The position numbers and the translations under genes are program-made. From contig CAYOAB010000001.1 in NCBI GenBank assembly GCA_964401875.1, positions 1 through 44,712 of the forward strand: a stretch of DNA of 44,712 nucleotides, read 5' to 3'. Every line of letters starts with the position of its first letter. The stretch's first letter is position 1. Below the pieces are notes generated by a model. It was not told the origin of the DNA. It was given only the letters and a program-made list of their open reading frames with translations, and did no database searches. This document shows, piece after piece, positions 35,625 through 44,710 of the stretch. Source of the DNA: Candidatus Micrarchaeota archaeon. GTDB lineage: Archaea > Micrarchaeota > Micrarchaeia > CAILAH01.

Positions 35625-36513
35625 ATAATTCTTTGATTTTTTCTTTATCTTCTACGTTATAGTAGAATTTATCATTAATTTTTTCTAATTTAACAAATAT
35701 TTTTTTCTCCTTGGAACATAAACGGTAAGGAGAATCAAAAAAGTATTTTTTCATTTGTTTTTTTGTTTTGTTTAATGGAATTAAATTATCTAATTTTTCT
35801 TTAACTTTATTAACAAAAAAATATGTTTTTTCAATCTCCTTTATTGAAAAGAAATGTTGGCCATTAAAATTTTTAGAATAGATAGTAATAGTTAAATCAT
35901 TAAAAGTTAAATTTAATGTTATGGGAGCGTATTTGTTTTTTGAGATTTCCTTATTTAAGTATTTAGCATAATCAATTTTTTCAAGTAATGAAAGTATTGA
36001 TTTTTTATTATAATATTTGAAAGAACTATTTGTTTTGTTTGCTTCAATTATGTCTTCCTTTTTTAAATAAAGAGAATTGTTTGAAGTTAAAACGGGAATT
36101 ATAAATAAGGAATTGTTTTTTATGAATTTGATTTTTCCTTCTTTTATGTTTTTATAGAAGTTATTGTTCATATTTGCTATTTGATTTATTCCTTCTTTAA
36201 AAGAAATATGTGTAGATAAAAAATCTTCATTTTCAGTTATAAATTGTTTTAATTTTTCAATGTTTTCTTGAGTTGTGTAATACCCAAAATCGTTTTTGAA
36301 CATTTCAAATTTTAATGTTGAATATGCTTCGTTTAAAGTTAAATAAAAATTGTTTTCTTCTTTAGTTATTTTTTTCCATAAAAGTTTACGTGAAGTGTTT
36401 AGAAGTAAACTTAGGTCAGTTAAAGTATATTCGTTCTTATTGATTTTATTAGTTTCCAACAGTTCATTTTTTTCTTTTTGAATGTTACTTTGAACTTTTG
36501 CTGTAATAAGCAT
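35617..36513 (-). CDS. hypothetical protein (298 aa, Asn/Lys-rich)
   Basis: Long ORF in an otherwise unoccupied interval. Low-complexity composition and no recognised motif. Confidence 0.45.
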   Translation of the reverse strand: MLITAKVQSNIQKEKNELLETNKINKNEYTLTDLSLLLNTSRKLLWKKITKEENNFYLTLNEAYSTLKFEMFKNDFGYYTTQENIEKLKQFITENEDFLSTHISFKEGINQIANMNNNFYKNIKEGKIKFIKNNSLFIIPVLTSNNSLYLKKEDIIEANKTNSSFKYYNKKSILSLLEKIDYAKYLNKEISKNKYAPITLNLTFNDLTITIYSKNFNGQHFFSIKEIEKTYFFVNKVKEKLDNLIPLNKTKKQMKKYFFDSPYRLCSKEKKIFVKLEKINDKFYYNVEDKEKIKELFN

Positions 36514-36567
36514 GAATAAAGAAAATCAGGCAAATAATAAAAACGTTTTGATATTTATAAATATTAA

Positions 36568-36915
36568 TTAACGATGAAATTTAATCTTCATAGTATCTTC
36601 TTTATATTGTGGGATTAAATGTATATGAACGTGAAATATGTCTTGTTGTGCCTCACGGCCATTTGAACATATTAAATTATAACCATCCATCTTATATTTT
36701 TCCTCATACAAAGGAATTAATTTTTTAATTGAAGAAAATATATGGATTGAAGTTTCGTTATCAATTTTATCAAATGTTTCGTAATGTTTTTTTGGGATTA
36801 TTAAAGTGTGGCCTTTAGTAATTGGATTTATATCTAAGAGAGCCATTACAAAATCATCTTCATAAACAATAGTAGAAGGTTTTGTTTTATTTACAATGTC
36901 ACAAAAAATACACAT
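36568..36915 (-). CDS. HIT-family protein (second paralog in window)
   Basis: MCIFCDI N-terminus and histidine triad HVHIHLIP. Confidence 0.8.
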   Translation of the reverse strand: MCIFCDIVNKTKPSTIVYEDDFVMALLDINPITKGHTLIIPKKHYETFDKIDNETSIHIFSSIKKLIPLYEEKYKMDGYNLICSNGREAQQDIFHVHIHLIPQYKEDTMKIKFHR

Positions 36916-36936
36916 GAGTTAATATAAAATAAAAAA

Positions 36937-38826
36937 TTATTTAAACAGAGGACAATCAATCACGAAAGATTCAAACTCACCACCTTCGCCGGCCACATTT
37001 ACTCCATACTTTTTGTTTAATTTTATTAGTTCTTCAATGTCTTTTTCTGTTATTTCCCTATTGAGCCATGAGTTGTCAAGACCTTCCGCGGCAACTTTAG
37101 TGAATATGAATTTGAATTTGTCTTTTAACAATCTTCTCATGTGTAGTTCTTGATCAACGTGCCATAAAGGGAAAAATACGCGGAGGCCGATTTTATCAGA
37201 AATTGTTTCAATACGTTGTCTTTGATATTCTGAAAATAAAGCTCCGGTGATTACACCTTCTATTTTATATTTCTCTTTGGCCTTTTCAAGCGCTTCTTTT
37301 AATTGTTTTAATTCTTCTTCTTTTTCACCACTTGTTTCAATTAGAATTAAGGGAATATTCATTTTATGAGCGTGTTCTTTTACCCTATCAATTTCTGGTG
37401 TGTGATACATGTATGAATCTTGGTTTTTACTTTTAATAGAAATAAGACAGGAAATTTCGTAATTTCTTTGTTTCATTAAATAGAGAGCGTAAGCACTATC
37501 TTTACCTCCTGTGTATAATGCTCCTAACTTTATGTTTTTCTTTCTGTGCAAATTAAAAAGATGTGAAGTAATGTTTTTAGTTGAAAGGGAACGTAACAAG
37601 TTCATTGATTTTGTTCCATACTGTGCTGCCTTCTTTGGGCGCATGTAATATTTATCATTTATTTTGAATTCATTTTTCAAAATGTCGCGTAATATTTTTT
37701 TTTCATATAGTTCTTTTCTATCTAATGATAGAGAAGAAAGAACAAGTGATTTGTCTAAATAGGGAACACGCATTTCTTTACTGAAAGTCATTGCTAATGA
37801 ATTGTTTCTGTACAAATCTCTTTCATAAATGTCTCTAAGTGAAGAAATTAATTCATTTTTAATTTCATTTTCAGCTTTAAACCTGTGGTACCCGCCAAAT
37901 ATTTCATCGGCACCGGAACCACTAAATATAACTTTACTTTTGAATTTTTGTGATAGGGAACAAGCGTAATATATTGGAATAGCAATACCCACTTTAACAG
38001 AATCGCAGGAACTTATTCTTTCCATTATTTTCTTAATATCTTTTTCTATATTTTCCTTTTTAAATTCAATTTCATTTAACTTGAATGAATATTCATTACT
38101 GAAATCACGTGCGTATTTAATGTCTTCACTATCCTTTGAATATGAAGTTATTAAAGTAGGTTCGTAACCTAATTCACGAGATTTTAATGCTAAATATTGT
38201 GAATCAATTCCACCTGAAAAGAGAATTATGGGATTGTCAACTATTCTTTTTTCTACACTTTTAGAAAGTAAATTGTTAATTTCTTTGTAAGAGGAAGAAG
38301 AAGGAATTAAAGAAAAAAAATCATTATATTTTATTTTAGTTTTTTTTGTTTTTACATTGTGAATTAAAATTGTGCGCGGGTGAAGTTCAATCAATTCCTC
38401 TATTCTTTCTGAACTGAATATAAGTGGATTAAGTGAATAGAAAAGGGGAAACACACCTAAGGGATCACGGAATGCATAAATTGTGTTATCTCTGTAATAA
38501 ATACATGCATAGTCACCATCTAATTCATTCATTAATTTTGTAATTTCAATTTTATCTTGTGATTCTAAATATTTAAAAATAAATTCTGCATCGTTTCTTG
38601 CTTTTATATCATATTTAATACATAATTCTTTCCAGTTGTATATTTCACAGTTGGCCAAAAAAACTCCTTGGTCTTCAAATGGTTGTTTAACGTTTTCTCC
38701 TACTATTGAGAGGAGGTTGTGTGTGAATTGTAAATTATCTTTGATTAGGGAGGACTCTGAATCTGGGCCTCGGTGAGAAAGGGAGGGTAAATTGTATCCA
38801 TAGATACATAAGCTGATTCCACACAT
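36937..38826 (-). CDS. fusion protein: glutamine-dependent asparagine-synthetase-like (Ntn GATase + PP-loop) fused to a Dph6/MJ0570-like ATP-binding (diphthine-ammonia ligase family) domain
   Basis: The start is set at MCGI (38826), because Ntn amidotransferases need Cys right after the initiator Met. AsnB blocks are HRGPD, NCEIYN, RDPLGVFPLFY and the PP-loop FSGGIDSQ. The C-terminal ~195 aa (LGALYTGGKDS...EGGEFESFV) match the DUF71/ATP_bind_4 pattern. Confidence 0.7.
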   Translation of the reverse strand: MCGISLCIYGYNLPSLSHRGPDSESSLIKDNLQFTHNLLSIVGENVKQPFEDQGVFLANCEIYNWKELCIKYDIKARNDAEFIFKYLESQDKIEITKLMNELDGDYACIYYRDNTIYAFRDPLGVFPLFYSLNPLIFSSERIEELIELHPRTILIHNVKTKKTKIKYNDFFSLIPSSSSYKEINNLLSKSVEKRIVDNPIILFSGGIDSQYLALKSRELGYEPTLITSYSKDSEDIKYARDFSNEYSFKLNEIEFKKENIEKDIKKIMERISSCDSVKVGIAIPIYYACSLSQKFKSKVIFSGSGADEIFGGYHRFKAENEIKNELISSLRDIYERDLYRNNSLAMTFSKEMRVPYLDKSLVLSSLSLDRKELYEKKILRDILKNEFKINDKYYMRPKKAAQYGTKSMNLLRSLSTKNITSHLFNLHRKKNIKLGALYTGGKDSAYALYLMKQRNYEISCLISIKSKNQDSYMYHTPEIDRVKEHAHKMNIPLILIETSGEKEEELKQLKEALEKAKEKYKIEGVITGALFSEYQRQRIETISDKIGLRVFFPLWHVDQELHMRRLLKDKFKFIFTKVAAEGLDNSWLNREITEKDIEELIKLNKKYGVNVAGEGGEFESFVIDCPLFK

Positions 38827-38879
38827 ACTTCTATAATAAATTATGAATAATTTAAATTGTTTCTCATTTTTATTCATAT

Positions 38880-40214
38880 ATGTATAAAGTTGCAATTTCA
38901 CTTGGTGAAATGACATTGAAAGGTTTTCAAACTAGAAGTAAATTTGAAAAGATATTGAAAGATAATTTAAAGAAATCATTAAACATTACAAAAATAAGAA
39001 AAGATGGTGGTAAATTTTTACTTCAAATTGATGAAGAAGATAAAGAAAAAATTAAATATAAATTAAAAAGAACTTTTGGGATTGCAACGTTTGCTTTTGT
39101 TGATGAATTTAATTTTACTACATTAGATGAACTTAAGGAAAAAATTAAAGAAAAATATAATGATATTAAAGGTAAAAAATTTAGAATTACAGGTAAAGTA
39201 TTGAATCATAAAGGAATGAATTCCATTCAATTACAAAAAATATTAGGTGAAGTTTTATTCAATGAAGGTGGAATAGTTAAACTAAAAGAATATGATTTGG
39301 AAATTTTTGTTTATTTAAGGGAAAATAAAGTTCAAATATATGAAGATATTCATAAAGGTCCTTACGGATTACCTTTGGGAAGTGAAGGTAAAGTTTTAGT
39401 TTTATTTTCAGGAGGATTAGATTCACCTGTTGCAAGTTATGAAATTATGAAAAGAGGTTGTAAACCTATTTTCTTGTTTATTAATTTGGGTGGAAAAGAC
39501 CATTTAAACCAAGTTTATGAAATATATAGAAAATTGTGTGACGAATGGGCGAATGGAATAGAAATTGAGTTTTATGTAATTGACGGTAAAAAAATAGTAA
39601 ATATAATTAAAGAAAAAATAACTCCTTCTTATAGACAAGTTGTTTTGAAAAAATGTTTTTACACTACTGCAGAAAAAACATGTATAAAAAATAAATGTGA
39701 TGCTATAATTACAGGTGAAAATTTAGGACAGGTTTCAACTCAAACATTAAAGAATTTGAATGCGATTCAATCTGGAATTAATAAATTAATTGTAAGACCT
39801 CTCATAACTTATGAAAAAGATGATATAATTAAATTGGCGAAAAACATTGGTACATATGAATTATCTTCAGGAATTGGGGAATTATGTAATATATCTGATA
39901 AAGGTGGTGTTAAGACTGCTGCGAGTGTTGGGGGGGTTGAGTTTGAGTATTCTAAAATAAGAGAAGAAATTGAAGAATATTTGGAAAATGTATCTATAGA
40001 TACATCAACATTTCAAACTCCAACACAAATAGATTGGAATAATTCAATAATAATAGACTTATCTAAAGAAAAAATAAACATAAACAAATTAAAAAAAGAC
40101 TTTTTTTATATTATATGTTGTAAAGATGGTATTCAAGCATCTATTGAATGTGATATACTCAAAAATTTAGGTTTTAATTGTACTTCCATGAAAAAATCTC
40201 AAATTAAAAAATGA
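38880..40214 (+). CDS. thiI: tRNA 4-thiouridine synthase ThiI (THUMP + PP-loop) with a possible C-terminal rhodanese-like module
   Basis: GEMTLKG...R N-terminus and PP-loop LFSGGLDSPVA. The C-terminal ~60 aa contain IICCKDGIQAS, which resembles a rhodanese active-site loop (tentative). Confidence 0.8.
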   Translation: MYKVAISLGEMTLKGFQTRSKFEKILKDNLKKSLNITKIRKDGGKFLLQIDEEDKEKIKYKLKRTFGIATFAFVDEFNFTTLDELKEKIKEKYNDIKGKKFRITGKVLNHKGMNSIQLQKILGEVLFNEGGIVKLKEYDLEIFVYLRENKVQIYEDIHKGPYGLPLGSEGKVLVLFSGGLDSPVASYEIMKRGCKPIFLFINLGGKDHLNQVYEIYRKLCDEWANGIEIEFYVIDGKKIVNIIKEKITPSYRQVVLKKCFYTTAEKTCIKNKCDAIITGENLGQVSTQTLKNLNAIQSGINKLIVRPLITYEKDDIIKLAKNIGTYELSSGIGELCNISDKGGVKTAASVGGVEFEYSKIREEIEEYLENVSIDTSTFQTPTQIDWNNSIIIDLSKEKININKLKKDFFYIICCKDGIQASIECDILKNLGFNCTSMKKSQIKK

Positions 40215-40225
40215 ATAGTGGAAGT
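40211..40225 (+). repeat. 15-nt direct repeat ATGAATAGTGGAAGT, copy 1 (overlaps thiI stop codon)
   Basis: An identical 15-mer recurs at 40600-40614. The two copies bracket the 81-aa ORF and its promoter region. Confidence 0.8.
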
Positions 40226-40328
40226 AAGCTATTTTTTAAAATAATATATTCAGTCTTTTTTATTTTTAGTAGGGGGAGGGAGAGAGGTATTGTTCTATTA
40301 TTATATATTATATTAATTTATTAATATT

Positions 40329-40346
40329 TTGTATCTATAGATACAA
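40329..40346. promoter_or_regulatory. perfect 18-bp palindrome TTGTATCTATAGATACAA, 1 nt upstream of the ATG at 40348
   Basis: It is self-complementary over all 18 nt. It lies between an AT-rich TATA-like region (~40300-40325) and the start codon, which makes it a candidate operator. Confidence 0.6.
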
Positions 40347-40347
40347 T

Positions 40348-40593
40348 ATGAAAATAATATATAATTTAATGTATGTTTATGATTTAACTCCTTCATCTCG
40401 TGAAGCAAACAAAATAAAAAGAAAATTCTATTATCATATGAATAAATTAGAACCTTTTATATCAAAGGCAACAAAATCAGTTTTCTTAGCTAATAAAACC
40501 CATGAAAAATATATAGATAATTTCTTTTTCAAGTTTAAAGGTAATGTTACAGTATATAAATCAGAAATAACCTCTTTTACTATATTAAAATAA
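40348..40593 (+). CDS. hypothetical small protein (81 aa); weak Cas2-like/ferredoxin-fold pattern
   Basis: ORF with its own promoter-like region and palindrome. The pattern MYVYDL...IKRKFYYHMNKL...KSVFLAN...VTVYKSEI loosely resembles the Cas2 beta-alpha-beta-beta-alpha-beta layout. This is not a confident family call. Confidence 0.45.
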   Translation: MKIIYNLMYVYDLTPSSREANKIKRKFYYHMNKLEPFISKATKSVFLANKTHEKYIDNFFFKFKGNVTVYKSEITSFTILK

Positions 40594-40599
40594 AATTAG

Positions 40600-40614
40600 A
40601 TGAATAGTGGAAGT
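40600..40614 (+). repeat. 15-nt direct repeat ATGAATAGTGGAAGT, copy 2
   Basis: Identical to 40211-40225. It is followed by the hairpin AGTGG-N11-CCACT and a T-run. Confidence 0.8.
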
Positions 40615-40640
40615 GTACCCCCCACTCTTTATTTTTTCAA

Positions 40641-40889
40641 TTATTCTTTATAATCATTATCAACAATTATAACATCGCCGACTGATTTAACATACTTATA
40701 AAGAATACTTTTTTCTTTAAGTATATGTCTTGCTTGTTCTTTAGAACCTACAGAAGATAAAGATTCGAGTGCTACTCTAATTATTTCTCCTTTCTCCAAA
40801 TCAACAATAACATCTTGAACTTTTCCTACTAATCTACCATTAACAGTAAAGATGTTCATTCCATATAAGTTTGCAATATTTACCACCAT
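40641..40889 (-). CDS. PRC-barrel domain protein
   Basis: VNGRLVGKVQDVIVDLEKGEI is typical of small archaeal PRC-barrel proteins. 82 aa. Confidence 0.7.
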   Translation of the reverse strand: MVVNIANLYGMNIFTVNGRLVGKVQDVIVDLEKGEIIRVALESLSSVGSKEQARHILKEKSILYKYVKSVGDVIIVDNDYKE

Positions 40890-40942
40890 TGTATCACCAT
40901 GAATATATCCATAGTAAAGTATTTATTACTAACTATTTTTTA

Positions 40943-41203
40943 TTACTCATTTAACATGTCAATAATATCATTTAATGAAGAAGTTATTTTTTTACCCTTT
41001 TCAGTTAATTTAACTATTTTTTTCCTACCTAATGTATTAAATTCAACTAATCCAAGCATAGAATAATGCTTAAGCACTTTAACTGTGTGAGGGTAAGTTA
41101 ATCCAGATTTACTATTTAATGAGGAAATGCACCATTCTTTATTTGTATCTCTTAACAAAATTAAAATAGAAGTAGGCCTTTCCCTTAAAAATGGAATAAT
41201 CAT
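40943..41203 (-). CDS. winged helix-turn-helix DNA-binding protein
   Basis: ISSLNSKSGLTYPHTVKVLKHYSMLGLVEF...GRKKIVKLTEKG fits a wHTH (recognition helix plus wing). 86 aa. Confidence 0.55.
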   Translation of the reverse strand: MIIPFLRERPTSILILLRDTNKEWCISSLNSKSGLTYPHTVKVLKHYSMLGLVEFNTLGRKKIVKLTEKGKKITSSLNDIIDMLNE

Positions 41204-41227
41204 AATAAAAATAAGTAAATAAATAAT

Positions 41228-41593
41228 TTAAACTATTCTCAAAGAAATATTTTTCTCAGTGGTTTCTATTATATGAGAATATCCTCTATAATGTTTATTT
41301 GCTTTAATCCTTACATCATATGTTCCAGGTTCTGCTCTATGATTGGAATATAATTCTATTTTAAATTCTTTATTTTCATCAGGTTTGAGAGTACCTATTC
41401 TGATTTCTTTTCTACTAACTGCCCCAGTTTTATCAAAACCCATTTCTCTTGGAATTTCAATTACTACACTTGTTAAATTTTCTTCTTTTTGTAAATTTTT
41501 AACATAAATTAACATCTGTGTAGGTCTATCATCTCCCTTTTTCATTCTTAAAGGGGAAAATTCTATTTTTACATCATAAGGCATAAGTGTCAT
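41228..41593 (-). CDS. hypothetical beta-rich protein (121 aa)
   Basis: An alternating pattern suggests a beta-sandwich (CARDB/NEW3-like guess only). No signal peptide. Confidence 0.45.
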   Translation of the reverse strand: MTLMPYDVKIEFSPLRMKKGDDRPTQMLIYVKNLQKEENLTSVVIEIPREMGFDKTGAVSRKEIRIGTLKPDENKEFKIELYSNHRAEPGTYDVRIKANKHYRGYSHIIETTEKNISLRIV

Positions 41594-41653
41594 TTAATCA
41601 CTATATTAATTTATGAATGTTAATTTATATATTTTTATACATAAGTTTTATTT

Positions 41654-43972
41654 ATGGACTTAATAATTAGAGGAAATACGCTTACGTTTGATTGTACAAA
41701 TTCCCCTTATGAATTTATGAGCTCTGATTTTATTAGTGCTCACATAAAATCAATGATTACTTTAACGAGGACAGACTTTGAAAAAATTAGATATGAAGAA
41801 CAACTTGTTTTTGAATTGGAAGGAGTAAAAACTAAAGTTATTTTATCTTATATAAGTTTCCTTAAACAGGTAGAAAAATTAATGTTAAGAGATTCAATTT
41901 ATGGTAGAGAAGATGATGATTCATATGAATTAAGAAAAAGAACATTACAAAAGATATTTGAAGAATTAATAATGAACCCATTGGTTGCAGAACAAACTAT
42001 AATTGATTATAAAGAACCACAACCTACAAAAGCAGTTTATTATGATGCTTACAAAAAATATAATGGATTACTTCAAGGGATTTTAAAAGGATTAAAAGTC
42101 AATAAAATTTACCTTCTCATTAAGAAAAAAGGAGACATGAGACAAGCGTTCATTTACATGTTGAATATGAAAATGATGAAACTTGTAGATGGTTTAGAAT
42201 TACTTTTACCTGAAGGTTCTGAATTAAAAGATCATGAGATGGCAACATATGATTTAGAATATGGGTATAAAATTTCAATTTATGACGTTCCAAATTATGA
42301 ATCTTACTGGTACATAATTGAAAATCCAATAATTGATTCAATAAATGAGGAGTTTATTAAACAATCAAGAAAAATGATTGCAAGAGAAATGAGTTTAATT
42401 TCAAGTGTACAAGTTAAAGATTTCAATTTACTATTTGATATAAAAACAAGAGAGTATAGAAAATATTTTCTTGAATATTCTTCCAAAAATAATATTTCTT
42501 TAACGATGGAACAAGCACTTGCTTTAGGTAGAGCTTGTGCTTCTTGGGTATGTGGTTTAGGAGAACCTATGGAAGCCATTTCTTTAGATAAAAGGTTTAT
42601 AACGGATATTTATTTGGATTCTGAAAATTCTCCTATTTATTTAGAACATTCAGTTTTTGGAGTATGTCATACTGTATACCGTTACAATTCAAGGTTAGTA
42701 GATCAAATGTTTAGTAATCTTTTAGCTTCAGAACCAAGTGTTACATTCAGTCATAATAATCCTATTGTTGATTTAGTTCTTAAGAGGTTAAACATGAGGT
42801 GCCATTTACAGGGGCCTCCAGCTACTTTTGGTGAAAGACAAGCAGCGTTACGTTTAATGAAACAAACTCCATTTACGTATGCAGAATACCTAAATTATCA
42901 TGCATTTTCTGCTTTCTTTGCAGGGTATGATGATATGATGGTTTTTTTAGGTTCTTCTGAAGCTATTTTAGGATTGAAAGGAGTAGGTAAAACTTCATTT
43001 ACTGCTGCTAAAGTGGTTTCAATAGGTGCGAAAACAAGAATTATTCCTATTCAAGATATTGAAGAAATACCTGTAATGTCTTACCGTAAAAGAGGATTTC
43101 ATATTGGAGTTATGCGTTCAATGGCTTCAGATAGAGAATCTGATGAAACTTCTTCAACATTATCATTAGTTGCATTAACAAGTGCTACCTTACGTATGGG
43201 TGATGCAGCATTAATAATTAACGAAGTACGTTCACGTGCCTCTATTCAAGGTATAATTAACCTTTTGAACACACAACCAGGAGTTTTCGTTCTTTACAAT
43301 TTACATGCTCAAAGTTTGAAAGACATAAGAGATAGGTTTGAACTTGTGTTTGGTATTCCTGCCGCAAGTATGTTTGCTACGGATAGATATTCCTTCTTAA
43401 AGAAGATTAAATTTGGACGTAAAAGTCAAACTTATAGATTATTGGGAACATGTTATGAAAGTAATATTGAAGATAAAAAGTTTGAAGAAATATTTAGGTT
43501 TGATCGTGGAGAAATGATTGAAGATTCTGTATGTAAAGCATTGTTTATGGATAATCCTGAGCTTGATAAGTGGACACTTGAAAATTTAGATTTGGGAGCA
43601 CTTTCAAAGAATTTAAAGATAAAATTTGTTCCACCTGCCTTGAAGAGACGTTCAGAGGAAAGAGGAACATCTGTGGAACAAATGATAATGCAAGCTGCAT
43701 TTAAGGGTAAAATTTATTCACAGATTCTTAAGTCCTTTAAAGATACAGGATATTATGATTTGCTTGAGATGGATTTTGTTATTAAGGTTTCTTCTGAGGC
43801 CAATAAACTTCTTAAAGATCTTGAAGATGATAGGGGTAATATAGATTTCTCTAAAGTTGATGAAAAATGGCCAAAAACCTATAATAAATTGTTAGAGGAA
43901 GAAGTAGTTTTCTTAAAAAGGAAAAAAATGGAAGATACTGAAAAGGAAATTGAAGTTGAGGAAGAAACATAA
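41654..43972 (+). CDS. type II/IV secretion-family ATPase (FlaI/ArlI/PilB-like) with a long N-terminal extension
   Basis: Walker A is GLKGVGKTSF. A Walker B/Asp-box-like region is GDAALIINEVRSRAS and a His-box-like region is GVFVLYNLHAQS. At 772 aa it is much longer than typical FlaI. Confidence 0.6.
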   Translation: MDLIIRGNTLTFDCTNSPYEFMSSDFISAHIKSMITLTRTDFEKIRYEEQLVFELEGVKTKVILSYISFLKQVEKLMLRDSIYGREDDDSYELRKRTLQKIFEELIMNPLVAEQTIIDYKEPQPTKAVYYDAYKKYNGLLQGILKGLKVNKIYLLIKKKGDMRQAFIYMLNMKMMKLVDGLELLLPEGSELKDHEMATYDLEYGYKISIYDVPNYESYWYIIENPIIDSINEEFIKQSRKMIAREMSLISSVQVKDFNLLFDIKTREYRKYFLEYSSKNNISLTMEQALALGRACASWVCGLGEPMEAISLDKRFITDIYLDSENSPIYLEHSVFGVCHTVYRYNSRLVDQMFSNLLASEPSVTFSHNNPIVDLVLKRLNMRCHLQGPPATFGERQAALRLMKQTPFTYAEYLNYHAFSAFFAGYDDMMVFLGSSEAILGLKGVGKTSFTAAKVVSIGAKTRIIPIQDIEEIPVMSYRKRGFHIGVMRSMASDRESDETSSTLSLVALTSATLRMGDAALIINEVRSRASIQGIINLLNTQPGVFVLYNLHAQSLKDIRDRFELVFGIPAASMFATDRYSFLKKIKFGRKSQTYRLLGTCYESNIEDKKFEEIFRFDRGEMIEDSVCKALFMDNPELDKWTLENLDLGALSKNLKIKFVPPALKRRSEERGTSVEQMIMQAAFKGKIYSQILKSFKDTGYYDLLEMDFVIKVSSEANKLLKDLEDDRGNIDFSKVDEKWPKTYNKLLEEEVVFLKRKKMEDTEKEIEVEEET

Positions 43973-44005
43973 TCCTTTATTATATTTTTCTTTTTAATAA
44001 GTGAC

Positions 44006-44710
44006 GTGAAGTTAATATCTCATTTTTCAAAACCTTCTATTAAATATATCGATAGTAAATTGAAAAAGAAAATATTAATTGAAGACATAATACAAGTACA
44101 AGAAGATTCAATAGAATTCACAGAAAAGTTTAATTTACCTTCAAAAATAAATGTATTTTATAAAATTTCAGAAGAATTAAAAAGAGATTCTGAAAAAATT
44201 GCATATTACTATGGAACACATGAAATTAAAAAAAGAAAAATAATTATTTTTATAGATGCTTTGTATAAATATACGAAACAGATACATAAAGAAGATAATC
44301 TAAAAGAGTATGTTGGAAGTGTTCTTATACATGAATTATGTCATGCCCGTGAATGGACAAACAAATTACCTATAACTTATGATGAATATAATTATCCCTT
44401 AAAAGGAAAAGAAAATTTAATTTATAGTTGTTATGATTTTATAAGAGAATTTTATGCGGACGAGCAAAGTTTTTTTTATTTAAAGCAAAATGGAATTTCT
44501 TATAAAAAGGAAAATTTATTTTTGTTTTATGGCCACCTTTTAGAAAAATTTAATTCACCTAAAAACATGTATAAAAAAATAATTAGATTAATTAATGTAT
44601 CACGAGTGTATTTTAATGAAAATTGGTTTGATTATATTTCATTAAATCCTCCTTCTTTTGATGATTTTAACCATCCGGAAGATTATGTAGAATCTATTCT
44701 TTACCCCTGA
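44006..44710 (+). CDS. hypothetical protein with HExxH zinc-metallopeptidase motif
   Basis: GTG start and the motif VLIHELCHAREW. No other family signature recognised. Confidence 0.45.
   Translation: MKLISHFSKPSIKYIDSKLKKKILIEDIIQVQEDSIEFTEKFNLPSKINVFYKISEELKRDSEKIAYYYGTHEIKKRKIIIFIDALYKYTKQIHKEDNLKEYVGSVLIHELCHAREWTNKLPITYDEYNYPLKGKENLIYSCYDFIREFYADEQSFFYLKQNGISYKKENLFLFYGHLLEKFNSPKNMYKKIIRLINVSRVYFNENWFDYISLNPPSFDDFNHPEDYVESILYP

Noticed and set aside
38827-38916. 30-codon N-terminal extension of the AsnB-like ORF (MSFHQVKLQLYTYMNKNEKQFKLFIIYYRS)
   Set aside because: Ntn amidotransferases require Cys directly after the initiator Met (MCGI at 38826). The extension would also overlap the divergent thiI start at 38880.
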